From the NCBI GenBank assembly GCA_043743145.1, contig JAYTXC010000067.1, forward strand, positions 1-50,251: a stretch of 50,251 nucleotides of DNA. The letters run 5' to 3'. Below, piece after piece: positions 27,610-35,522 of the stretch. Each line of letters opens with the position of its first letter. The first letter of the stretch is position 1. The position numbers and the translations under genes are program-made. Source of the DNA: Rhodospirillales bacterium (lineage in GTDB: Bacteria > Vulcanimicrobiota > Vulcanimicrobiia > Vulcanimicrobiales > Vulcanimicrobiaceae). The notes beneath the pieces are model-generated. The model did not search any database and was not told the origin of the DNA. It saw only the letters and a program-made list of their open reading frames with translations.

Positions 27610-28355
27610 CCGCTACGGCCATGGAGCAACGGGCTCGATCCCACATCGCGCCACGCGAGTACGACGATCGGCGTCTGCTCGTCGCCGTTGCCGTGGGGAT
27701 TGTCGCGCAGCGACTCCTCGACATTGGCGCGGTGGACGCCCGGCGACGCACCGAGCACCTTCGCGATACCGAGATCGTTCGCATCGACGACGACCGCGTG
27801 CGCACCGATGCGCGTCGCAATCTCACTCGCCGCACCGTCGGGATTCTCGGGCCCGAGCACGATCTGCCGATCGAACGGCGGCAGCGTACCCGTGTATCCG
27901 TCGATGGCCGAAATCGCTTCGCCGAGAATCTCGTAGAAAACGCCGCGCTTCCCGAGCACGCGTCCGAACACGTGCGCGACGGCCGCATAGACGACACGCC
28001 ACGCACCGACGTCGTCGATCACGAGTTGCATCGATTCCGGTTGGTTCATCGTCGCGAGCGCACCCGCGCGCCGCGAGAGCACGTATGCGAGGCGCGTCGG
28101 GCGAATCGTTTCGGCGGCGATCATGCGATTTTGCGCGATCGCGACCGCGGTTTCCGAGATCGCGACGACGTCTCCGCCACGCACGACGCCACGCACGGCA
28201 TCGGCGACGATGCCCGCGAGATCGTCGCCCGCGCGTACGAGCGGCGTGCGAATGGGAATCGCAGCGAAGCGATTGCCGAACGCTTCGCGCTTGCGCGTGG
28301 GATCCGAGCGTCCGATCGTTGCCGGCCGTTGCACGAGTTCAGGCATGTCGTGCAT
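27606..28355 (-). CDS. CofE-like (F420-0:gamma-glutamyl ligase fold) protein inserted between murF and mraY
   Basis: ORF track 27606..28451. The motif order IPIRTPLVRAGDDLAGIV / GDVVAISETAVAIAQNRM / LPPFD..PENPDGAASEIA / AVVVDANDLG / NPHGNGDEQTPIVVL follows my memory of archaeal CofE (PLIKEGDDLAELI / GDVLVV.STVISKAEGR / LPP.DPDGSA / ITDTNG / GEGGDGIP.VVVRG). The stop overlaps the mraY ATG (ATGA). Candidate starts ATG 28355 and 28346 lie within the last codons of murF. Confidence 0.5.
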   Translation of the reverse strand: MHDMPELVQRPATIGRSDPTRKREAFGNRFAAIPIRTPLVRAGDDLAGIVADAVRGVVRGGDVVAISETAVAIAQNRMIAAETIRPTRLAYVLSRRAGALATMNQPESMQLVIDDVGAWRVVYAAVAHVFGRVLGKRGVFYEILGEAISAIDGYTGTLPPFDRQIVLGPENPDGAASEIATRIGAHAVVVDANDLGIAKVLGASPGVHRANVEESLRDNPHGNGDEQTPIVVLAWRDVGSSPLLHGRSG

Positions 28356-29799
28356 CCCCGTTCGCGCGCGAGGCGCGCAGACCATCGACGATCTCTTCAA
28401 ACCGATAACGACGCGACGCTTTGAGCAAGATGCAGTCGCCTGGGCGTGCATGAGCGTCGAGCCACGTCACGGCTTCGGCGTTGCTCGCGAACGCGACGAT
28501 GCGGTCGGCCGGAAATCCCGCCTCCCGCAAGCCGCGCGCGAGATCGCTTGCGAAATCGCCACCGACGAGCACGTACGCGATCGTCGCACTCGCGACCGAG
28601 GCACCGACGCGCGCGTGCATCGCGGGTGCGTCGGCGCCGAGCTCCGCCATGCTGCCGAGGACGGCGATGCGACGCGTCGCAGATTCCACCTCGAACGACG
28701 CGATCGTCGCGAGCGTCCCGTCCATCGAGGCGTTGTAAGCATCGTACACGAGCGCGAGTGTCCCGAGCGTGATGCGCTCGTACCGGCCCTCGGGCAGATC
28801 TGCGTCGCGCAGCGCGTCCGCGATCTTCGCGGGTGCGATGCCGAGCGCGACGGCCGCGGCCGCCGCGGCCGCGACATTGCGCAAGTTGTGCTCGCCCGCA
28901 ACGGCGACATGCGTCTCCACGCTCGCGCCCGCTCGATCGCCCGCGATCACGACGAGTCGCTCGCGCCCCACGAGCGCGACCGTCGTCTCCGACGCTCTTC
29001 CCGTTCCTGCGATCTCGCTTGCTGCATCGGCCGCGTAGAAATACGTGCGCGGTCGCCCCGCTCGCGCGTCGCGCTCGGCTGTTGCGGCGTCGTCGCCCCT
29101 TGCGTCGTCGTCCGTGATACCGCGATCGCTCGGGCGCAAGGGCACGACCGCGCGGGCGCCCGTTGCGAAGATGCCATACTTCGTTTCGCGCAATCGCTCG
29201 CGCGAACCGAAAATTTCCAGATGAGCGTCCCCGATGTTCGTGATGACCGCGACGTCGGGGCGCGCGGCGCGTGCGAGCGGCGCGATCTCGCCGAAATGGC
29301 GCGCGCCGAACTCGACGACGATGTATGCCGCGTCGTCAGAAGCACCGAGCAAGAGCTTCGCGACGCCGATTTCGTTATTTTCATTCGCATGTGTCGCCAC
29401 GACCGGGCCCGACTGAACGCGTTGGAGCAATGCTGCGAGCACGTGTTTGGTCGTCGTCTTCCCCGCACTCCCGGTGATCGCGACGACGCGCGCACGCGAA
29501 GCCGATCGCGCGACGCCGGCGATCGCGAGATAGGCCACAGTCGTGTCGTCGACAACGAGTGCGCCAACGCCCGGCGGCACCGCGCGCGCGTCATCGACCA
29601 CAACCCCACTCGCACCGCACGCGAGCGCTTCGCCCACGAAGGCGTGGCCATCGAACGTCGCGCCACGGAGTGCGACGTAGAGGTCGCCCGGGACGAGCGT
29701 TCGTGTATCGGTGGAAAAGCGCGCGGCGATCGGCAACGCATCGGGTGCGAGGACGCGCGCGCTCGAGGCGGCGACGGCGGAGGTGAGCGGGATCTTCAC
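28339..29799 (-). CDS. murF: UDP-MurNAc-tripeptide--D-alanyl-D-alanine ligase
   Basis: Motifs STDTRTLVPGDLYVALRG..DGH and ITGSAGKTTTK. The GTG start overlaps the murE stop (GTGA). Confidence 0.9.
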   Translation of the reverse strand: MKIPLTSAVAASSARVLAPDALPIAARFSTDTRTLVPGDLYVALRGATFDGHAFVGEALACGASGVVVDDARAVPPGVGALVVDDTTVAYLAIAGVARSASRARVVAITGSAGKTTTKHVLAALLQRVQSGPVVATHANENNEIGVAKLLLGASDDAAYIVVEFGARHFGEIAPLARAARPDVAVITNIGDAHLEIFGSRERLRETKYGIFATGARAVVPLRPSDRGITDDDARGDDAATAERDARAGRPRTYFYAADAASEIAGTGRASETTVALVGRERLVVIAGDRAGASVETHVAVAGEHNLRNVAAAAAAAVALGIAPAKIADALRDADLPEGRYERITLGTLALVYDAYNASMDGTLATIASFEVESATRRIAVLGSMAELGADAPAMHARVGASVASATIAYVLVGGDFASDLARGLREAGFPADRIVAFASNAEAVTWLDAHARPGDCILLKASRRYRFEEIVDGLRASRANGDARHA

Positions 29800-31256
29800 G
29801 CGGGTTCGCGTGCGGCGAGTGCCGACCGCACTTCATCGCGATCGTCGAAATGGTTCGTTACCGTACCGATGATCTGGTAGGTTTCATGCCCCTTCCCCGC
29901 GACGACGACGACGTCGCCCGGTTCGGCATCGAGGATCGCGCGCCGAATCGCGGCACGGCGATCGACGAGTGCGACGACTTCACGCAAGTCGTCGATCCCG
30001 CCGAGAATCTCGTCGATGATCTCTTGGGGATCTTCCGAGCGCGGGTTGTCGCTCGTAACGAAGACGCGGTCTGCACGTGACCGCGCGATCGCGCCCATGA
30101 GCGGACGCTTGCCGCGATCGCGATCGCCGCCGCATCCGAAGACGACCGCCAGTTCGCCACGTGCCGTTTCGCGTGCGGCCCGCAAGATGACATCGAGCGC
30201 ATCGGGCGTGTGCGCGTAATCGACGAGCACGTCGATCCCGCCACCAGCAAGGTGTTCCATGCGACCGGGGACGCGTTCGAACGCGGCCATCGCGCGCGCC
30301 GAATCGTCGTCAGCGACGCCGTGCGCGCGCGCGATACCGAGCGCGGCGAGTGCGTTTGCAATATTGAATCGCCCCGGCAAGCGTAGCGCGAACCGCCGCG
30401 CATCGACGTTGAAGCTACTGCCGTCGGCGCGCAGCGCGATATCGCGCGCGACGAGCGTCGCGTCCGAATCGAGTGCGTACGTATCGACCGTCTTGCCGGC
30501 CGCGCGCAGCTCGCCCGCCCACGCGCGGCCGAGCGGGTCGTCGCTATTGAGGATCGCGATCGGCGCGCGCTCGAAGAGGCTTCGCTTCGCCGCCGCATAC
30601 GCTTCGAACGTCCCGTGATAATCGAGGTGATCGCGCGTCACGTTCGTCAGCACCGCGACCGCGAAGTCGACGTCGGCGACGCGATCTTGTGCGAGCGCGT
30701 GCGAACTCGCTTCCATCGCGACGGCCTGCGCGCCACGATCGCGCATTTCCCCGAGCAGCGACTGAAGTTCCAGTGCGAGCGGCGTCGTATTTTCGAGCGA
30801 CCACATCGCGCCACCGAATCGCGCCCCGAGCGTCCCGATGCGCCCCGTCGGAACGCCGCCCGCATCGAGTATCGCCGCCGCGAGATGCGTTACGGTCGTC
30901 TTGCCGTTCGTTCCCGTCACGCCCGTCACGCGCAACGTCCGGGACGGGTTGCCGTAAAAGAGCGCGGCCAAGCGCGAGAGCGCGCGACGCGTGTCGTCGA
31001 CAACGACGATCGCGCCCGGCACGGCGAGCGTCGAGAGATCGAATCCACCATCGACGACGACGCCGATCGCGCCCGATGCAAAGGCGCTCGCAACGAACGC
31101 ATGCCCATCGACGCGTTCGCCGCGCAGCGCGACGAACAGTGTGCCGGGCACGATGGCGCGCGAATCGTGTGCGATCGCGCGAACCGTGATACCGAGGTCG
31201 CCCGTCGCGCGCGGATCGTCGAGCGCGGCGACGAGCGAGGCGAGCGTTGGATTCAC
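29796..31256 (-). CDS. murE: UDP-MurNAc-L-Ala-D-Glu--2,6-diaminopimelate (or L-Lys) ligase
   Basis: This is the C-terminal 487 aa of ORF 29796..31853. Motifs HDSRAIVPGTLFVALRG..DGH, VTGTNGKTTV and DNPRSEDP. GTG 31256 overlaps the ftsI stop (GTGA). The upstream 199 aa of the listed ORF are Arg-rich and overlap ftsI. Confidence 0.9.
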   Translation of the reverse strand: MNPTLASLVAALDDPRATGDLGITVRAIAHDSRAIVPGTLFVALRGERVDGHAFVASAFASGAIGVVVDGGFDLSTLAVPGAIVVVDDTRRALSRLAALFYGNPSRTLRVTGVTGTNGKTTVTHLAAAILDAGGVPTGRIGTLGARFGGAMWSLENTTPLALELQSLLGEMRDRGAQAVAMEASSHALAQDRVADVDFAVAVLTNVTRDHLDYHGTFEAYAAAKRSLFERAPIAILNSDDPLGRAWAGELRAAGKTVDTYALDSDATLVARDIALRADGSSFNVDARRFALRLPGRFNIANALAALGIARAHGVADDDSARAMAAFERVPGRMEHLAGGGIDVLVDYAHTPDALDVILRAARETARGELAVVFGCGGDRDRGKRPLMGAIARSRADRVFVTSDNPRSEDPQEIIDEILGGIDDLREVVALVDRRAAIRRAILDAEPGDVVVVAGKGHETYQIIGTVTNHFDDRDEVRSALAAREPA

Positions 31257-33088
31257 GTGCGTTGTTTCGGCGGACGCACGACGGGCACAGGCTGCGCTGC
31301 AAGTGGAAGCGGTGCGCGTACGCGCGCGCGCGCGGGGATCCGAGCGGGCATCACGCCCGCGTGCATCATCGCGAGCTTCGCGATTTCGGCGAAGGCCGGC
31401 GCCGCGACGACGCCGCCATAGATCGCGCCATGCGGTCGTGCGATCTTTACGAGAATCACGAATTTCGGCGATTCGGCGGGCACGAATCCGACGAACGACC
31501 CGATATATGCACCCGAAACGTAGCCGCCATTTTCGGCGACTTGCGCGGTTCCCGTTTTTCCCGCCGTCGTATATCCCGGTACGATCGCCGACGGATTCCC
31601 CGTCCCGCGCATGACGACCGCGCGCAGATAGCGGCGCAACGTCGCAGCCGTTTTCACCGAGATCGCGCGGCGTTCGATTTCCGGCGCGTAACGATAAACC
31701 GTGCGCCCGTCGCCATCGAGCAACGCCGAAAGGATACGCGGACGCATGAGGAGCCCGCCGTTGGCGATTGCCGCGTACGCACGTGCGAGCGCGATCGGCG
31801 TCGTCGAGATGCCGTGGCCGAACGAGATCGTCGGCAGCGACGTCTCGCTCCACTCAGCGATCGGCGGCACGATCCCGGGGTTCTCGCCCGGCAAACCGAC
31901 GCGCGTGTAATCGCCGAATCCGAACTTACGCATCGTCGCGTACATCGTGCGTCGCCCGATCGTCAATCCGACTTCCGCGGCGCCGACGTTATGCGAATAG
32001 GCGATGATATCTTCGAGCGTTTCCGAGTTTGCGGAGCCGGCGAGAAAACCGTCTTCGGCGTTGTGGATCGTGCGGCCACCGATCGTGAGTTGGTCCCTCG
32101 CCGGAAACTGCGTTTGGGTCGTTACTTTGCCGCTATCGAGTGCGGCTGCTGCCGTTATCAGCTTGAAGGTCGAGCCGGGTTCGTAGGCGTCCATCACGAC
32201 GCGATCGCGCCGCGCGTCGGGGCTCGCGCTCGCATAGTGGCGCACGTCGTAGTCGGGTACGTTCGCAAGTGCGAGCACCTCGCCCGACTTTGGGTCCAGG
32301 ACGAGCGCGCAGCCGCTCTCTGCGTTCCATTTGTGGACCGCATCGCGCAAGATGCGTTCGACGTTGTATTGCAGATACGAATCGATCGTGAGCTCGATCG
32401 AATTTCCGGGCTTTGCGGCAACGACGACGCGAGGCTTTGCGAAGGGAATCGCGCGACCGAATTGGTCGGCCTCGAGCGTCATCTTCCCGGGCGCACCACG
32501 CAAGAGTCCGTCGAAGGCATATTCCACCCCCTCGAGTCCGTCTTCATCGAAGCCCGTAAAGCCGATGACGCTCGACGCGAGTCGCCCCGCGGGTACGAAG
32601 CGCGTTCCCGTCGACTCGGGGACGATGCTGATGCCGGGGAGCGCGAGCTTGGCAATCGCATCCGACGCGTCACGCGAGACTTTGTGGCCGATCTGTACGT
32701 ACGACGACGCACCGGCAAGCGACGCGCGCAAACCACGGGCGGAACGTTCGCGCAGAATACCTGCGAGCGCACGCGCGGTGCCGTCGATATCTTTCACGTC
32801 GCCCGTCGTCGCGTACACGCTTTGCGACGGGAGCGAGCGCGCGAGCGCGGTTCCGTCGCGATCGAAAATCGAGCCGCGGTGGGCGGCATAATTGACGGTT
32901 TCGAGACGTTGCTCGTACGCGCGCGCGGCGAGTTTGGGACCATCGTGAACCTGCACGATGTAGAGGCGAATGCCGAGTGCGATTCCGGTCGAGAAGAGCA
33001 GATAGAAAACGATCTTCGCACGCAGAGCGCTCGCTCTTACCGCCGCTTCGGCGGGACGTCGCGGCGCGCGGTTCGCGCGGTCGCTCAC
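31253..33088 (-). CDS. ftsI: Division-type class B penicillin-binding protein (transpeptidase)
   Basis: TM anchor IVFYLLFSTGIALGI. Transpeptidase motifs STFK (EPGSTFK), SHN (YSHN) and KTGT (AGKTGTA). The GTG start overlaps the ftsL stop. Confidence 0.9.
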   Translation of the reverse strand: MSDRANRAPRRPAEAAVRASALRAKIVFYLLFSTGIALGIRLYIVQVHDGPKLAARAYEQRLETVNYAAHRGSIFDRDGTALARSLPSQSVYATTGDVKDIDGTARALAGILRERSARGLRASLAGASSYVQIGHKVSRDASDAIAKLALPGISIVPESTGTRFVPAGRLASSVIGFTGFDEDGLEGVEYAFDGLLRGAPGKMTLEADQFGRAIPFAKPRVVVAAKPGNSIELTIDSYLQYNVERILRDAVHKWNAESGCALVLDPKSGEVLALANVPDYDVRHYASASPDARRDRVVMDAYEPGSTFKLITAAAALDSGKVTTQTQFPARDQLTIGGRTIHNAEDGFLAGSANSETLEDIIAYSHNVGAAEVGLTIGRRTMYATMRKFGFGDYTRVGLPGENPGIVPPIAEWSETSLPTISFGHGISTTPIALARAYAAIANGGLLMRPRILSALLDGDGRTVYRYAPEIERRAISVKTAATLRRYLRAVVMRGTGNPSAIVPGYTTAGKTGTAQVAENGGYVSGAYIGSFVGFVPAESPKFVILVKIARPHGAIYGGVVAAPAFAEIAKLAMMHAGVMPARIPARARVRAPLPLAAQPVPVVRPPKQRT

Positions 33089-33507
33089 TTCAACCAGGGA
33101 AGGAAGGCGAGCCCGTGCGGTACGGTCTGAGGACGTTCGGTGGGCAAAGTAATTTGCGCGAACGTTTGCGGTTCGTGCATCCCCAAGCTCGCGGCGAGGC
33201 GCGCGAGCCGTTCGCGCGATGCGAGGCGCGCGATCGTATCGTCCATGCGCGACGACTCGTCGAGCAAACGTGTCTTCTCACGCGTCGCGCGCGAAAGGTC
33301 GTAATTCATGCGGGTGACGTTCGCCATGAGCGCGAGATAGACGACGATCGCGAGCGTGAGCACGGAGGCCGTCCCGAGAATCTTTACCAGACTTGCGTAG
33401 CCGCGCGCGCGCGTTCGATTGCGGCGTTGGTTACCCGCGGTGCGGCCGGAGCGGGTTCCCGTGCGCGGCGGAACGAGTTCTTCGTAGGGTAACGGTTGTG
33501 CGATCAC
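33085..33507 (-). CDS. ftsL: Cell division protein FtsL-like (bitopic, coiled coil)
   Basis: Basic N-terminus, a single TM (LGTASVLTLAIVVYLALMA), then a short helical region. It occupies the canonical position between rsmH and ftsI. The GTG start overlaps the rsmH stop. Confidence 0.7.
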   Translation of the reverse strand: MIAQPLPYEELVPPRTGTRSGRTAGNQRRNRTRARGYASLVKILGTASVLTLAIVVYLALMANVTRMNYDLSRATREKTRLLDESSRMDDTIARLASRERLARLAASLGMHEPQTFAQITLPTERPQTVPHGLAFLPWLK

Positions 33508-34421
33508 GGGAGGCGCTCCGCGACGCGAAGTTTTGCCGACCGCGATCGCGGGTTGCGGCTCTGTTCGTCGTCGCCGGGAAGGAGTGGTTTGCGGGTGATG
33601 GCGCGGACGCGGTCGTCTTCGCGGAACCGCACCTTGACGATGCGATCTTCGAGGGAGTGGAAGCTGATCGCCGCGATGCGGCCGCCGGGTGCGGTGCGCG
33701 CGATCGCGGCATCGAGGCCGCGCTCGATCGACCCGAGTTCGTCGTTGACGGCGATGCGCAACGCCTGAAAGGTGCGCGTTGCCGGGTGGATGCGCTCGCG
33801 CTTGCCGCGCACGTGCATCACGCCCGCGATCATGCGCGCGAACTCCGATGTCGTTTTCGGAAGCGTCCCGCGTTCGCGCGCGCCGACGATCTTGCGCGCG
33901 ATGCGGCGCGCCGCGCGTTCGTCGCCGTATTTGAAGATGATATCGGCGAGCTCGGTCTCGTCGCTCGTTTCGAGAAGATCGTAGGCGGTCTGGCCGTCGC
34001 TCGGATTCATGCGCATGTCGAGTGGCCCTTCGCGAGCGAGCGAGAAGCCGCGCTCGGCGCGATCGAATTGCATCGACGAGACGCCGAAGTCGAAGAGCAC
34101 GCCATCGACGAGCGCGATGCCGAGATCGTCGAGTGCCGCGCCGAGTTCGGCGAAGTTCGTGCGGACGAGCGTGACCGATTCGGCGAGATCCGGGGGCACT
34201 TCGGCGGTCGGGTCGCGATCGAAGGCGACGACGCGTCCGCCGCGCGCGACGATCGCGCGCGTGTGGCCGCCCGCGCCGAAGGTGCCGTCGACGTACACGC
34301 CGTCCGCACGGACGCCGAGTGCATCGAGAGATTCTGCCAGGAGGACAGGGACGTGCGACGCGGCTGCAACTTCATCATCGTTAATAGAGGCCGAGCTCCG
34401 TGGTAAAGGCAGCGGCTTCAT
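33504..34421 (-). CDS. rsmH: 16S rRNA (cytosine1402-N4)-methyltransferase
   Basis: Motifs HVPVLL, DGTFGAGGH and SFHSLEDR. ATG 34421 overlaps the mraZ 3' end by 41 nt. Confidence 0.9.
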   Translation of the reverse strand: MKPLPLPRSSASINDDEVAAASHVPVLLAESLDALGVRADGVYVDGTFGAGGHTRAIVARGGRVVAFDRDPTAEVPPDLAESVTLVRTNFAELGAALDDLGIALVDGVLFDFGVSSMQFDRAERGFSLAREGPLDMRMNPSDGQTAYDLLETSDETELADIIFKYGDERAARRIARKIVGARERGTLPKTTSEFARMIAGVMHVRGKRERIHPATRTFQALRIAVNDELGSIERGLDAAIARTAPGGRIAAISFHSLEDRIVKVRFREDDRVRAITRKPLLPGDDEQSRNPRSRSAKLRVAERLP

Positions 34422-34824
34422 CCGCGCTCGGGCTCGCCGTGCTCAGCCGCTCCTTGGCCCAGATCTCCACGCGCGTCAGCGATCCGATCGAGACCGCATC
34501 ACGTTCGATCGCGGCATAGATGCGAAGCGGACCCGGTATGAGCAGGCGGCCCTGCGCGTCGAGCGTTGCCTCGTCGGTGTGGGCAAAGAGATGTCGGACG
34601 AAGCGCCGATAGCGGTCGTCTTTGACGGGCGCGGCCTCGAGGCGCTCGCAGAACGCGTCCCACGTGGCCTGCGGGTAGAGCGCGAGGCATGGTTCGGGCT
34701 CCGCGATCGTTACGATGAACTTCGCGCCGAGTCGTTCGCGGAAGCGCGCGGGGACGACAAGCCGGCTCTTGTCATCAAGAGCATGTTCGGCACGACCCGT
34801 AAAACGCGGAACATCGCGAGCCAG
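34381..34824 (-). CDS. mraZ: Transcriptional regulator MraZ (start codon uncertain; CTG 34824 favoured)
   Basis: Two MraZ half-domains are present (FTGRAEHALDDKSRLVVPARFRERL and THTDEATLDAQGRLLIPGPLR). The ORF-track start TTG 34896 coincides with the -35 box of the promoter. GGAGG (34832-34836) lies 7 nt upstream of in-frame CTG 34824. In-frame GTG 34848 lies inside the operator repeats. ATG 34814 is out of frame. Confidence 0.8.
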   Translation of the reverse strand: MARDVPRFTGRAEHALDDKSRLVVPARFRERLGAKFIVTIAEPEPCLALYPQATWDAFCERLEAAPVKDDRYRRFVRHLFAHTDEATLDAQGRLLIPGPLRIYAAIERDAVSIGSLTRVEIWAKERLSTASPSADEAAAFTTELGLY

Positions 34825-34833
34825 GGAAAGACC

Positions 34834-34868
34834 TCCACTTCGCCCCACCAGGCACCACTTTCGCCCAC
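34834..34868 (-). promoter_or_regulatory. MraZ operator: four GTGG(G/T/A) boxes at exact 10-bp spacing
   Basis: The minus strand reads TATAGTGGGCGAAAGTGGTGCCTGGTGGGGCGAAGTGGAGGTC. The boxes fall at 34864-68, 34854-58, 34844-48 and 34834-38. This matches the known MraZ binding-repeat architecture (GTGGG-type repeats with 10-nt periodicity downstream of Pmra). Confidence 0.7.
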
Positions 34869-34896
34869 TATACCTTGGTGCGGCTCTCCGAAGCAA
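34867..34896 (-). promoter_or_regulatory. Pmra sigma70-type promoter of the dcw cluster
   Basis: TTGCTT (34896-34891), an 18-nt spacer, then TATAGT (34872-34867), immediately upstream of the MraZ boxes. Confidence 0.55.
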
Positions 34897-34950
34897 GGCA
34901 TCCGCGCGAAGCTCACGTCACGATCTCGCGCGGCAACGCCGGGCGCCCGC

Positions 34951-34978
34951 TTGAAGCAAAGGCCGCCGTTCGTATGGG
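34951..34978 (+). promoter_or_regulatory. Possible divergent promoter for the SLT-lptFG-lptD genes
   Basis: TTGAAG, a 16-nt spacer, then TATGGG, ending 17 nt before GTG 34996. Pattern match only. Confidence 0.25.
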
Positions 34979-34995
34979 GCGAAGGCGCGGGAGTC

Positions 34996-35472
34996 GTGAG
35001 AATTGTCGTAGGCCTCGTCTTGCTCGGAGCGCTCTACGGCTGCAGCGGTGGTGGCTTCGTGCCCGGCGGACCGCACAGCATGAACGCCGTCACGCTCAAG
35101 CGCCTCGTCTCGAGCGGCGCTCGAGCGAATCAGATTTCGCCCAACCTCATCGCGGCGATGGTGCAGATCGAGTCGCATGGCGATCCGGCCGCCGTGAGTC
35201 GCGCGGGCGCGCAGGGATTGATGCAACTCATGCCCGAGACGGCCGCGACCTACGGCGTCCTCAACTCGTTCGATCCCGAAGAAAACGTTTTGGGAGGCTG
35301 TCGGTACATGCACGACTTACTCGCGCGCTACCATCACAACGTGCCCCTCGCGCTCGCCGCGTATAATGCCGGCCCGGGCGCGGTCGATGCCTTTCACGGC
35401 ATCCCGCCGTTCGGCGAAACGCGCGCATACGTCGCGCGCGTGACGTCGGCTGCGCGTTCGACGACGAACTAG
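34996..35472 (+). CDS. Lytic transglycosylase (SLT domain) lipoprotein
   Basis: This is the C-terminal 158 aa of ORF 34009..35472. GTG 34996 gives (M)RIVVGLVLLGALYGCSGG, a short signal peptide plus lipobox. SLT motifs: MVQIESHGDP (catalytic Glu-Ser), GLMQLMP and AYNAGPGAV. Confidence 0.8.
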   Translation: MRIVVGLVLLGALYGCSGGGFVPGGPHSMNAVTLKRLVSSGARANQISPNLIAAMVQIESHGDPAAVSRAGAQGLMQLMPETAATYGVLNSFDPEENVLGGCRYMHDLLARYHHNVPLALAAYNAGPGAVDAFHGIPPFGETRAYVARVTSAARSTTN

Positions 35473-35522
35473 GGCTCGTGGCGACTGCCTCCGGCATCCG
35501 TGCCGCAGCACCCATCGCGCCC

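Noticed and set aside
27606-28355. The CofE-like gene as evidence that the organism makes coenzyme F420.
   Set aside because: No other F420 biosynthesis genes (cofC/D/G/H, fbiA/B/C) or F420-dependent enzymes were recognised in the window. The operon context is peptidoglycan synthesis. This cannot be decided without the whole genome.
28123-29880. Very long ORFs antisense to, or out of frame with, the annotated genes. Examples: 28123..29880 (+), 31247..33130 (+), 21646..23163 (+), 5272..6525 (-), 4841..6001 (+), 8688..9659 (+), 9849..10850 (+).
   Set aside because: Their translations are dominated by Arg/Ala/Gly/Pro, with no motifs and no signal or TM logic. Each fully overlaps a gene with clear family signatures. 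This is the expected artefact of stop-codon scarcity in high-GC DNA.
31257-31853. N-terminal 199-aa extension of the ORF containing murE (29796..31853).
   Set aside because: The extension is Arg-rich, overlaps the ftsI 3' end, and has no Mur-ligase similarity. GTG 31256 gives the canonical MurE N-terminus and a GTGA overlap with the ftsI stop. The extensions at 11438..12058 (alr), 34009..34995 (SLT), 39993..40229 (lnt), 48139..48888 (pyp), 46374..46589 (coaE) and 16491..16622 (hisB) were trimmed in the same way.
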